NCBI RefSeq assembly: GCF_006345805.1
Contig: NC_043022.1
Coordinates: 23,250,001-23,314,000, forward strand
Direction: 5' to 3'
Length of the DNA stretch: 64,000 bases
DNA from: Octopus sinensis
Taxonomy: Eukaryota
The translations under genes were made by a program, and so were the position numbers. This document shows, piece by piece, positions 24,994 through 37,183 of this stretch (its first letter is position 1; each line of letters begins with the position of its first letter). A model generated the notes under the pieces. The model saw only the letters and a program-made list of their open reading frames with translations. It did no database searches and was not told the origin of the DNA.

Positions 24994-25839
24994 TAGATAG
25001 ATAAGCAAGCAGACATATAGACAGACCAAATATTTATGGAGATAGACAGATAGATAGATAGATATATGGTTAAATATAGTGATAGACAGATAGGTAGATG
25101 GATATAAGAGAAAGAGATAAATAGATATAGACAGAGAGAGAGTGTAAAAACAGAAAAGGAAAAAGAGAGCCTGAGAGAAAGAGAGCATATATTAGAGATG
25201 GAGATGTTTACAAAAACAATGTCTCATTTGTAAGATAGTAGACAGGGATAGAAGATGCTGGTGTGTAAAGGTGGAAAAGAGGGTATAGTATGTATGGTTG
25301 TGTGGGGGGAAGTGGGGTTTAGATATGCGTGTGCGTGGGTGTGAAGGTGTATGTGTGTGTGTATGAAGGCAAAGGTGTGTGGATGTGCATGGGTGATTTT
25401 GTGCATGCTTGCATGGATGTGAATGTATATGTGGGTGCAGATGAAGACTTAATTGCTAAACTACACTTTTTCTTTCAGCCATATTCCTGGCATACCTAAT
25501 GATGCACGAAGAAGGGCTCACGCACACACACACACACAGACATGCACTCACACACCTTACTTTGCACAAAGGAAAGTTCACATAGACACACACACACACA
25601 CACACTCTCTCTCTCTTTCTCATTTACATACACACACTCACACATACATACACACACACTCGCACATACCCACAGATGCATACAGGCAGATACATAGTCA
25701 CACACACATAAATACAGAGATACATCACACACGCACTCACACAAGTACATACATACACACACTCTCTTACATACATACTCACAAACTCTCTCAGATACAC
25801 AGACACACACATACTCTCTCTCTCTCTCATACACCATGA

Positions 25840-26660
25840 TGGTGATGGTAGCAATGATGATGATCATCATGAATAAAATTATGATGATGATGATGGTGGT
25901 GTTGTGGACAGTAATAATGACAACGATGATGATGATGATGACCGTAGTGGTGATGAAGGTGATAATAGTGTTGTTGATAGTGATGATGATATTGGTAAAA
26001 TATTGTTGTGGTGACAATATTGGTTGTGGTGATAGTGGAGATTACCCTAATGATGATGGTGATGATGCAAATGGTAGAATATTAAAATTAGAGATTCATC
26101 AGTTAATTAAAATCACCACTTCAACCTAACAGCCACCATTGCCTACAAACACTTTTAATACCACTGCCACCACAACCAGCTACAACACCTCACCAACATT
26201 ACCATTACCCATCTCACCACCACCAACACCGCCACCAATACTGCCAACACCACTACCACAACTACCACCGCTGCTACTACTACCACCACCACCACCACCA
26301 CCAATACTGTCAACATCACTACCACAACCACCACCACCAACACCAACACCAACATCACTGCTAGCACTGATGCTACTACCACCACCACCACTACCAAAAA
26401 CAACAACACCACTGCAACCACCACCTCCAATACTGCCAGCACTACTATCACAACCACCACCAACACCACTACCACCACTGATGCTACAACCACCACCAAT
26501 ACTGTCAACATCACATGCAACACCATTACCAATACCTCCACCATTTCCACCAGATCATCGATACCATCAACAACTCTAGCAGTATTACCAGTACCATCAT
26601 CAACACTAATGCCACTAATACTTCAACCAACACAAATGCCAGTACCAACCACCACCGCTT
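25840..26660. repeat. (GAT)n then (ACC/ACT/ACA)n low-complexity tract
   Basis: Direct inspection; source of the Pro/Thr-rich and Val-rich ORFs. Confidence 0.93.
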
Positions 26661-26784
26661 TGACAACCACCAACAAGTACTAGGCTTCCAAAGAATAAGT
26701 CCTGGGGTCAATTTGCTTGACTAAAGGCGGTGTTACAGCATGGCCACAGTCAAATGACTGAAACAAGTAAAAGAAAAAGATGTG

Positions 26785-27005
26785 GTTGAGCACTCCTCAG
26801 ACATGCATACCCTTGTCACAGTTCTCAGGGAGATTCAGAATGACACAGACTTTGACTTTTGAATTACAGGTATAACTGATTTTTGCCAACTGAGTGAACT
26901 GGAGCAACATAAGATAAAGTGTCTTGCTCAAGGACACAATGTGTCATCAGGAATTGAACTCATGACCTTGTGATCATGAGCTGAATATCTCAACCACTAC
27001 GCCAT
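26785..27005 (-). mobile_element. Degraded SINE-D with the tail also seen on SINE-C at 10135
   Basis: TGAGTGAACTGGAGCAAC..GTGTCTTGCTCAAGGACAC body; GGAGATTCAG.ATGACACAGA tail. Confidence 0.7.
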
Positions 27006-27010
27006 GCACC

Positions 27011-27430
27011 TGTAGGAAGTGAGGTTGGCACTGGATGGGTGCCTCACAATTCCTTACATAGTTGTAGAAAGGAAAATAGTGGGAACGAGAATCTCCGAAC
27101 AAATAACAATGTTTATTTTTCTTTCTGTACAAGCGTTGCATTTCTGGACAATCGGTAGCCTTGGTGTGGAAACAGCAGAGTTGGTTTAATCACAATTGTG
27201 AAGGCATTCTTCACAGATTCACCGAAGTCATGGATCGTCTTCAGAATTCCAGCCACATGGAGCTGGTCAAGTTGTGTGCGGCTCGGTCGGCAGCAGGGGC
27301 GAAGAGAGAGAGAATGGCAGTCAACCCTAGCTGCTGCTGATGACTGCGCATGCGTATAAGGGGCTTCTGGCAGACCTTCCAGAAGTCTCTAATTCCTTTG
27401 CTTGGAAAATCCCAAAGGTGCGTCACTACA
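27011..27430 (-). mobile_element. Solo LTR (420 bp), 4-bp TSD, probably Ty3/Gypsy-type
   Basis: TGTAG...CTACA termini, CACC on both flanks (27007-27010, 27431-27434), CTTATA and AATAAA in order on the minus strand. Confidence 0.8.
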
Positions 27431-27665
27431 CACCTTTACTACAAAACCATTACTACCGTTATCAACAAGACACAACCATCAATGCTACCAGCATTATCAC
27501 CACTAACAACAACACCACAACCACCAGTGCCATGACCATCACCACCAACAGCACCATTCCCATCACAGCCACATCACAACCATCAACACCACCAACAACA
27601 GCACCACTCCAATCATAGCCTCACCACAACCATCAACTCCACCTTCATCAACAACACCACCAGCA

Positions 27666-28052
27666 GTGGATGTGCAATGGCCCAGTGGTTAGGGCAGCAG
27701 ACTCGCGGTCGGAGGATCGCAGTTTCGATTCCCAGACCGGGCATTGTGTGTGTTTATTGAGCGAAAACACCTAAAGCTCCACAAGGTTCCAGCGGGGGAG
27801 GGGGCATAGCGACCCCTGTTGTACTCTTTCACCCCAACTTTCTCTCACTCTTTCTTCCTGTTTCTTGTCCCCGACTTCCTACACAACCACTGAGCCTGGA
27901 TGCGCATTCATCCATCCATTGATGCGCTCAGTGTCGGGGGTTGACCTGCTTTCTCTTCTGCGGGTCTTACGAATAGCAAAGGACCACGTTTTGGACTTCT
28001 CCCATCTTGCGAGCTCTGGAATGAAGACCGCTTTGCTCAACAGCAACAGCAA
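27666..28052 (+). mobile_element. SINE-C with third tail type, 17-bp TSD
   Basis: tRNA(Arg)-like head; CAACAACACCACCAGCA at 27649-27665 and 28053-28069. Confidence 0.85.
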
Positions 28053-28584
28053 CAACAACACCACCAGCAACACCACAGCATTACCAACACCACCAACAAC
28101 AGCACCACTCCCATCATAGCCACATCACAACCATCAACTCCCCCATCATCATCACCTCACCACCAACACCGGCAGCAGCACCACGACATAACCACCACCA
28201 CCATCAACACCACCACAACTCTACAATGACAATGATATACATTGTCGCTGAACATTAGACATTAGCCAGAGGCTAGGATTGAACACCTAACATGAAGATG
28301 AATACATTAACAAAGGCCTCGTGTGTCTTGCAGCTAATCTCCTTTCTGTATCTTGGGGTGGAGGATAATGTAATTGACTAATAGCTTTAGACATGGACAC
28401 AGTGAGGGATTTAGATTGTGTGTGTGTGAGGAAGATATATGGATGTGTGTGTGTATGTATGTTGTGTGTGTGTGTGTGTTGGAGGAAGGGTGTTGTAGGG
28501 TGTAACAAGTGAACCTGATTATTGTGAAGCTTACTGTATGGTTTTAACACTTTAGTCAAGAAGTGTTGGTGGCAGTGTTGATGA

Positions 28585-29090
28585 TGCAAATGGTGGTGGT
28601 GGTGGTGGTGGTGGTACTGGTGGCACCAGTGGGTGGAGTGGCACAGAATAGCTGGTAGTGTTGGTGGTGAAGATGGTGCTGGTCATCATGATGGAGGTAA
28701 TTGTTATGGTGGTGGAAGTAATTGTCGTGGTGGAAGTAGTTGTCGTGGTAGAGGAACGTGTCATGGTGGCGGCAGTAGTGGTGGTGGTGGTGGTGGTGGT
28801 GGTGGCAGTAGCGGTTGTTCTGATGGTAGTGACAATTGAAGTTATGATGATTGTAGTTGTGGTTATTGTGGTGGTGGTCGTCGTCATGGTGATGGCAGCA
28901 GTGGTCGTGGTGGTGGTGGTTGTTGCGGTGGTGGTGGTGATGGCAATGGTAGCTGTAGTGGTGGTGGTGGTGGTGGTGGTGATTGTAGTGGAGGTAGTTG
29001 TCATGGTGATGGTGGTGGTGGTGGCAGTGGTTGTTATGGTGTTTGTAGTTGTGGTGGTGGTAGTGGTGGTGGTGGCGGTGGTAATCTTGG
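28585..29090. repeat. (GTG/GTA/GTC)n trinucleotide tract
   Basis: Direct inspection. Confidence 0.95.
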
Positions 29091-29639
29091 TTATGAAGTT
29101 ACGCAGTTTCCCATGCTACAAAATTATACCCATCAAGGGCTATAGCTAAGGACATTTGCCCACAATAAGATAGCCCATAATGGAATGAACCCTTTAGCAT
29201 TCAGATAACTTAGTCGAATGGCGTGGTTGTGTGGAGGTGCAGGAATGGCTGTGTAATAAGAACCAATATTGGCAGTCCTTTATGGACTGTCTCATGTATC
29301 TATTTAAATTAATTAAAATTTAATTAGACTAGTCAATTTACAAACAATGTGACAGCTGAAGTCTTTAGATATATTGAAAGAAAAACACCTCAGGTATATC
29401 GTGTGTGTATAGGGCTAACAGGTGAAACGGTATTAAATATTCATTTCAGTCTACCTCCATTTAGCTACAACTGTAATAACAGCAACTGTAATTAAAATAT
29501 CACAGTGGCTTCATAATGTATGTTATCTAATTGCTACAGAAGGTTAATGAACTAGAAATGGTGGGGCACCATTCGGCCCAGATTTACTGTCCGTCACAAG
29601 GTTGTATAATAAACTTGATAAAACCTTAAGGCCTTCTTT

Positions 29640-29990
29640 TGAGTAGAGCAGCCAACTGGCTTCTGTACCCATGGCACATAAAAGGGCACCATTCGAGCGT
29701 GACCGTTACCAACGTTGCTTCACTGGCATCTGTGCTGGTGGCACGTGTAAAAAGATTCGAGCGAGATCATTGCCAGTGCCGCCTGACTGGCCCCCATGCC
29801 GGTGGCACGTAAAAAGCACCCACTACACTCTCAGAGTGGTTGGCGTTAGGAAGGGCATCCAGCTATAGAAACCCTGCTAGATCAAGATTGGAGCCTGGTG
29901 CAGCCATCTGGCTCGCCACCCCTCAGTCAAAATGGTCCAACCCATGCTAGCATGGAAAGTGGACGTTAAACAATGATGATGATGATGAAT
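29640..29990 (+). mobile_element. RTE-tail element, same subfamily as 1005-1420
   Basis: AGAGCAGCCAACTGGCTTC..GGCACC ATTCGAGCGTGA..GTGCCGCCTGACTGGCCCCCATGCCGGTGGCACGTAAAAAGCACC..(GAT)n. Confidence 0.82.
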
Positions 29991-30136
29991 TTTGATTAAC
30001 AGACTAATGCAGAGGTAGCTAGAATCTTTATGTTCCACAGTGATGTTTACTATGATACATACATATGCACACACACACATGCACTCTCAAACTCATATAC
30101 GTGTGTGTGGTGTGCGCGCATGCATGCGTGCATGAC

Positions 30137-30570
30137 ACAAATGCAAGGTGTACCAGGCTATAGTGCTTTCTTCCCTGCTGTATGGAGCTGAAACCTGGAC
30201 AGTCTATAAAACTCAAGTAGACAAGTTACATGCATTCATGATGAGAAAGCTGTGATGATTTATGAATATTTCTCTCTTTGTCAAGATCAGGAATGAAGAT
30301 ATCTTACGGTGTGCTGGCCTGCCTCCTATGATGGAAATCCTCATTGATAGAAATTTACATTGGTTGGGTCACATACACAGGACGGACAACAATGGACTCC
30401 CCAAACAAATCCTTTATTCCCAATTATGCAAAGGGGAAAAGAAACCAGGGAAGACCTAGGCTGAGATCTAAAGATTCTACAAAAAGGAATATGAAGTGGA
30501 AAGGAATTGGTCAAAATAAATGGCAAACTCAAGCAAAAAGCCAAGAAAGTTTGTTGAGTCATGTCAAAGC
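30137..30570 (+). pseudogene. RTE/BovB-type ORF2 C-terminal remnant
   Basis: KCKVYQAIVLSSLLYGAETWT, IRNEDILR, RNLHWLGHIHR, LPKQILYSQL, GRPRLRSKD with stops and frameshift. Confidence 0.85.
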
Positions 30571-30607
30571 CATGAATAGAAATAATCATGATGGCAGAAT
30601 GCAATAC

Positions 30608-30639
<32 letters not shown>

Positions 30640-30666
30640 GTATATATATTATATCTTATATATATC

Positions 30667-30851
30667 TGTGCCGGTGGAATGTAAAAATACCCACTACACT
30701 CATGGGAGTGGTTGGCATTAGGAAGGGCATCCAGCTGTAGAAACACTGCTAAATCAGACTGGGCCTGGTGCAGCCTCCATGGCTTACCAGACCCCGGTCG
30801 AACCGTCCAACCCATGCTAGCATGGAAAACGAACGTTAAATGATGATGATG

Positions 30852-30853
<2 letters not shown>
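30667..30853 (+). mobile_element. RTE-tail element inserted in (TA)n
   Basis: TGTGCCGGTGG..GGAAGGGCATCCAGCTGTAGAAAC..CCATGCTAGCATGG..(GAT)n; (TA)n both sides. Confidence 0.83.
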
Positions 30854-30884
<31 letters not shown>

Positions 30885-31143
30885 ATATACTCACACACAT
30901 ATATACACACATATATATATATATTTACACACATACACACACATATATATACCCACATACATAAATATATACACATACACCACATAATAATAACACCAAC
31001 ACAAAACACACACATATACACAAACACACACACACACACACACACACATATTAAAGTTTTTATATGACTAGGACTTAAATCTCAATTTCTGAGCATTTCT
31101 GCCCGTCTGCCAATGTTGAAAGTAAAATTTTTTTTGTCTTTGT

Positions 31144-31207
31144 ATAGAGTCTGATGATCTGACCAGAGGGTTTGGCTTTGTCGATACGAAACCTTTGGTA
31201 ACTCTGT
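31144..31207 (+). ncRNA. Candidate type I hammerhead ribozyme (helix II base non-canonical)
   Basis: ATAGAGT-CTGATGA-[helix II]-GAAA-CC-TTT-GG-TA-ACTCTGT: 7-bp helix I, intact core, GUA cleavage triplet. Confidence 0.45.
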
Positions 31208-31223
31208 CCAAAATTAAATTTTT

Positions 31224-31263
<40 letters not shown>

Positions 31264-31293
31264 ATATATATATATACTATATATATACATATA

Positions 31294-31336
<43 letters not shown>

Positions 31337-33000
31337 CATATATATATGCATATATATATATATATATATATATACTATATATACATAAAAGTATATATAA
31401 ATATATATGTATATATATATATATTTATTATATATAAGATATACCACATATATATATAACTTGTGCTTCGCAACACATATATCCAAACTATATATAAATA
31501 CTATATAAATATACTTAATATTTACTTAAGCACTAATAACTTTTTTACATTAACAATAAATATATCTGTACAACGGATCAACACATACATAAAAACTCAT
31601 ATTAACGTAAAGTTATGTATTTTTACATAGCAGTAGTACATTTGATTAATACAACACCATCTGAGTGTATATGTATGTGTGTGGGTGTGTGCATATCTGT
31701 GCACATGTGTCACACATGCAGGTGTACCATGCATACATGGAAGACAGCTGCAACTCACTTTCGAGTAATGCCATCACTTCATTGCTCTCTTAAACATGAG
31801 TAACGTGGATTTGGTTCTTCTGTTCCACTATGAAGGAAAAGTTTCTTGTTTTAAGCATCATCCTTTAAGGCCATGTAGATTTTTATAGTCCCTGATATCG
31901 TGATCATTTGTAGAATATGAATTGAAGATTCACATTCTCTTCCCATGGTCCCAAGTTCAGTCATACTTTTCCTTAGGCAGGGTGGTATACATATCTTGTT
32001 GCTCCAATAATAACAGATATGAAACTGAAAGTGATTCTTGGCCATGTATGTATGCATGTATGTATGTAGTATGTATGAATGTATGTATGTGTGTGTGTAT
32101 GTATGTATGTGTGTGTGTATGTATGTATGTCTTCATTCAGTTTTATTTCAAGATTTCTTGCCAATAGAGAAAGAGCCGGTTTCTAACCAAGACTCCTTCA
32201 TTGGAATTTTTGTAAGTATTTTGGTATGCATGTAAGTATGTATGTATACATGCAGATTCTTATGTTTTGTTTTATGAATGTATTTTCCTGCATATAGCTG
32301 CATGTATGTATGCATTGTATGTTTTGTATGTACATAGGTATATATATATCACCATTATTTAAAGGCTGTCATATATGTGTGTGTATGCATATATGCATGT
32401 ATGTATGAGTGTATGCATGTATTATTTAAAGGTTGTCATGATATGCATATCTATGTATATATGCATACATATATGCATACACATACTGACATGCATACAT
32501 ACACACGTATGCACACATATGTATGTCTGTATGTGTATGCATATGCATATATACATAGATATGCATATCATGACAACCTTTAAATAATAACGATACATGT
32601 GTGTGTATGTATACATGTGTATACATGTATGTATGAGTGTATGCATGTATATACAAGTACATATATATCGTTATTATTTAAAGGTTGTCATGATATGTAT
32701 ATCTATGTATATATGCATACATATACAGACATACATGTATGTGCATGTGTGTGTATGTATACATGGGTATGTATAAAAGGCAAAGATGGCTATATACACA
32801 GGCACAATCAACAAACCTAGCTGTAACACTAATTATTTGCTGAGGCAGCTGTTAAGTCACCAAAGCTAATTAGCAAACCACTTAAAAAATTACTGCTGTG
32901 TCAATTTACAAGCTGAAAAACACTAACTACACAACCACATAAACACTTATCTACTGGACAGTAGCGTGCTCCATTTGAAACAACCTCTTGGGAGACTGGC

Positions 33001-33014
33001 GTTACCATGACAAC
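33001..33014. promoter_or_regulatory. RFX X-box-like motif
   Basis: GTTACCATGACAAC (reverse complement GTTGTCATGGTAAC) in a locally CpG-containing, non-repeat stretch. Confidence 0.45.
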
Positions 33015-33489
33015 CATTTGCTATTACGAGACGGTCACCAAGATGTGGGTTTCCGCAAGGCCTGTCACTCTGTTCGTTCCAGTTTGCCTGATTGATGAAT
33101 TCTCATCGCGTGGCAGCATGGTTAAGAGGCTTGCTTCCCAACCATCTAATCTTCAGTTCGGTCCTACTGCACAGTGTCTTGAGCAGGTGTCTTCTACCAT
33201 GTACCCAGGCCAACCAAGGCCATGTAAGTAGATTGTTTATTCACCGTTACATGCAGACAGAAAGTCATAATAAATATACATAAATAGACAACAAGTGTAG
33301 GAAATCTTGAACTATTCTGAAGTATGAACTGTTAACCAATTTAAGCTAGCTCTTTGTTCAATACAGGAAGTTTGGAGTAATTAGACGTGCAATCTTCTTT
33401 CATTTTAAAAACTTTACTTACAATATTTTTTTTTTTTGATTTGTTAAGATATTAAGATATTTTTCTTAAGATGAAACCAATGGTAAATT

Positions 33490-33747
33490 TGATACACAAA
33501 TATATATATATATTATATTATATGTGTATAATATATATATATATATACTATATTATATATATCACACACAATATATACGTATATATATATTACATATATG
33601 TATATATATTGTATATATATATATATAAACATATATATACACACATATATTACGTATATATATATACTATATATATATATATGTATATATATTATGTATA
33701 TATTATAATATACATATATATATATAATGTAATACACTGATTATATG

Positions 33748-33788
<41 letters not shown>

Positions 33789-34155
33789 TGTATAATATAT
33801 ATATGTATATATGTATGTATATATATATGTATATATATATATATATGTATGTATATATATATGTATATATAGATATATATGTGTATATATAGTTATATAT
33901 ATATATGTATATTATATATAGTATGTATATATATATATATATGTATGTATATATATATTATGTATGTATATATGTATATATATATATATATTATATGTAT
34001 GTATATATGTATGTATATATAATATAGTATATATATGTATGTATATTGTATGTATAATATAGTAAATATATATGTATATTATGTAGATATGCATATATAT
34101 ATTATATATAAATATATATATATATATATGCTAATATTATATATATATATATATG
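33490..34155. repeat. Degenerate (TA)n microsatellite
   Basis: Direct inspection. Confidence 0.95.
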
Positions 34156-34159
34156 TATA

Positions 34160-34725
34160 TTGTGGTCTCCCCACACAATACAAGGTATCATAAAAGTTGA
34201 AGCACCTCAAAGAGCAATTCACAAAAAAGATAGATGGCATGACAGGCCTCGACTATTGGGTCGACTAGAAAAGCTAAAACTCTATTCTCTCCAACGTCGT
34301 CGTGAGCGCTACATCATCTGCATGATGTGGAAAATTTCCATCAGCATTGCCCAAATGATGTTGGCATCACCTTTAAGGTACATCCAAGGCTTGGGCCCCG
34401 TGCCATCCGCCCAAAACAAAAATCGCACTCCTCATCTCATAACCACAATACGGCACAATTATTTCACCTCAATTGGCCCCGCTCTCTTTACATTACACCA
34501 AAACACATTAAACAGAAACTGACCCTATAGGGTTCAAGATCTTTGGACAGATTCCTTCAAGAAATCCCGATAAACCCCTACACCCGGATATGTCTCTGTA
34601 AACAATAACTCTCTACTTGAGTGGTGCCATAGTGCCCCAAATTCTGACTTGAAGACTTCACCAGTGGTGCTATTAAGTTAGACATTGCCTGGCCATAATG
34701 GCCGAAACCTATCAAAGTATCAAAG
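34160..34725 (+). pseudogene. 3' end of a CR1-like (L2/Crack/Daphne-type) LINE ORF2 with short tail
   Basis: LWSPHTIQ, RLEKLKLYSLQRRRERYII, CPNDVGITF, SLDRFLQEIPDKP, NNSLLEW with frameshifts; tail CTATCAAAGTATCAAAGTA. Confidence 0.85.
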
Positions 34726-34854
34726 TATATATATGTTATTCTATAAATGTAGTATATATTATTATTATGTATATATATATATGTATAGATAGATATATGT
34801 ATGTATATTATATATATATATATATGTATATAATATATGTTATACATACATATG

Positions 34855-35103
34855 TGGAGGCGCAATGGCCCAGTGGTTAGGGCAGCGGGCTTGCGGTTGT
34901 AGGATAGTGGTTTCAATTCCCAGACCGGTAACGATCCCTGCTGTACTCTTTTGCCACAACTTTCTCTCACTCTTTCTTCTCTTGGCCTGCTTGCTTAACC
35001 AGCGGGGTGGCATCATTTGAAGGCTAAAACAATGTGAACCGCATTATGACCAGCGATGTGTAGCAACATCTGATAGCCTGGTCGGTCACGGTGATCACGG
35101 TGA
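34855..35103 (+). mobile_element. SINE-C with internal deletion, same tail as 7083
   Basis: Head plus GAAGGCTAAAACAATG..GACCAGCGATGTGTAGCAACATCTGATAGCCTGGTCGG. Confidence 0.83.
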
Positions 35104-35149
35104 TATATATATATATACATATAAAGTTAATCCAAACATGAAAACACAA

Positions 35150-35345
35150 AGAGAAAACACAACAACGCGAAGACGTGGAACAACTATAGTGTTATTGGAC
35201 ACTCAGGAAAGGAATGAAAGAAGGAAGATTTAATGTTTCGAGTGGAGCTCTTCATCAGAAACATAGGAAAAGGAAAGATCCAAAGAAGGGAAGACGGAGG
35301 GAAAAAAATCGCCAACGGTACACACGCGGTCACAAACACCACACA
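35150..35345 (-). mobile_element. Penelope-like terminal repeat fragment
   Basis: Minus strand CTGATGAAGAGCTCCACTCGAAAC signature; homologous to 44410-44572. Confidence 0.65.
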
Positions 35346-35350
35346 CACAC

Positions 35351-35417
<67 letters not shown>

Positions 35418-35420
<3 letters not shown>

Positions 35421-35932
35421 GATTCTCTGCCTGAAGAATTTCTAATAGGAGATTTCTTACATGTTTATCCAAGATGTACAACTTTGTCATTCCTATTAGC
35501 AAATGAAACATGTGTAATGGTGAATGAATTGCAACAAAAAAATTGTGTTATACAATAACTCTGCAAACAATATCTCCAGTATTTTCAACTCTAATATGTA
35601 TCTCACATAAATACGACAATGACAACCACTAACATACTGGATTGTAAACACTGGAATAGGCAGATGTGCTTCAAGAGGATACAGCTTACTTACATAATAT
35701 ACTCTTTTACTCTTTTACTTGTTTCAGTCATTTGACTGTGGCCATGCTGGAGCACCATCTTTAGTCGAGCAAATCGACCCAGGACTTTGTAAGCCTAGTA
35801 CTTATTCTATCGGTCTCTTTTGCCGAACACTGCTAAGTTACAGGGATGTAAACAGACCAGTATCGGTTGTCAAGCGATGTTGGGGGGACAAATACAGACA
35901 CACAACATATATGCAAACACATACATACATAC

Positions 35933-35994
<62 letters not shown>

Positions 35995-36720
35995 GTATAT
36001 ACATATATATATATATACATATACACATATAGACAACGAGCTTCTTTCAGTTTTCCATCTACCAATCCACTCACAAGGCTTTGGTCGGCCTGAGACTATA
36101 GTAGAAGACACTTGCCCAAGGTGCCATGCAGTGGGACTGAACCCGGAACCAAGTGGTTGGTAAGCAAGCTACTTACCACACAGTCACTCCTACACACACA
36201 CACATAGGGTGAAAAATAAAATCAAAACTAAAACATGAAAATGAGGTAAAAACATGCAATAAACACAATATCAGGTTTAAGGTCAGGAAATATAGAAGGC
36301 AAATTCTTTTACATTTCAAGCACACACTCTTTGTCAGAAAAAAATTTAGAGGGAAAAAGGGAGAGAAAAAGGAACAAACATGTCTTAATTAGACATGCAT
36401 ACACATACATGACTAGAAATATTACGTAGGCAGAGAAAAATCCAAGCTGTGTCCTCTTGAAGCACATCTATTTATTCCAGTAATACAATCCAGTATGTAG
36501 TGGTTGTCATTGTAGTGTTGATGTGAGGTACATATTAGAGTTGAAAGTTCTGGAAATACTGTTTGTTTGGTTTATATAAAAATAGGAATCTGGAAAAATT
36601 TTTTTTACATTCATTCACCATTACACATGTTTCATTTGCTAATAGGAATCACAAAATTATACAGGTTGGATAAGCATGTAAGAAATCTCCTATTAGAAAT
36701 TTTTCAGGCAGAAAATCAAA
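35418..36720. repeat. Diverged inverted repeat, ~270-bp arms (35418-35687 / 36444-36720)
   Basis: TTTGATT.TCTGCCTGAA.AATTTCTAATAGGAGATTTCTTACATG...CAGATGTGCTTCAAGAGGA.ACAGCTT matches the reverse complement of the right arm. Confidence 0.88.
35700..36195 (-). mobile_element. SINE-AB full copy nested in the inverted-repeat spacer
   Basis: Reverse complement of 3' half, microsatellite, head. Confidence 0.87.
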
Positions 36721-36948
36721 TAATACACAACATAACTTAGATATGTTTCAGTCAAAGTTTGGCCCAGGTCATGTCTAACTTAAAAGCACCACCTGATAGG
36801 ATGTGTTAAAGCATTTTAAAGTCAAGTTTTGTGGTATTATGGCCATTTCATATAGGGAGTGTATCCAGGAATAGGTGGCTTGTCTGCTACCCCTTGAAGA
36901 AGTTTGTCTAGGTTTCATTTGAAGGTGATGGTATCTGTTCTTTCTTAG

Positions 36949-37183
36949 GGCGGTGAGCTGGCAGAATCGTTAGCACGCTGGATGAAATGCGTAGCCGTAT
37001 TTCGCCTGCCGTTACGTTCTGAGTTCAAATTCCGCCGAGGTTGACTTTGCCTTTCATCCTTTCAAGGTCGATAGATTAAGTACCAGTTACGCACTGGGGT
37101 CGATGTAATCGACTTAATCCGTTTGTCTGTCCTTGTTTGTCTCCTCTGTGTTTAGCCCCTTGTGGGTAGTAAAGAAATAGGTA
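36949..37183 (+). mobile_element. SINE-H with conserved-domain-like body
   Basis: GGCGGTGAGCTGGCAGAATCGTTAGC..GAGTTCAAATTCCGCCGAGG..GCCTTTCATCCTTTC..GGTCGAT..TAAGTACCAG; flanked by GTAT(C/G)TGTTC(T/C)TTCTTAG. Confidence 0.82.

Noticed and set aside
26139-26579. 146-aa Pro/Thr-rich ORF resembling an extensin or mucin
   Set aside because: Lies wholly in an (ACC/ACT)n tract with an equally open Val-rich antisense ORF; no splice or codon evidence.
29380-29520. Short plus-strand exon-like pieces (EVFRYIERKTPQ; YLHLATTVITATVIKISQWLHN)
   Set aside because: Weak acceptors, GTAT donors are common by chance here, and no recognisable protein.
31751-32030. Minus-strand exon candidates ending at GAAA|GTGAGT (similar donor near 11600)
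   Set aside because: All frames from the best acceptors contain stops and no protein similarity was recognised.
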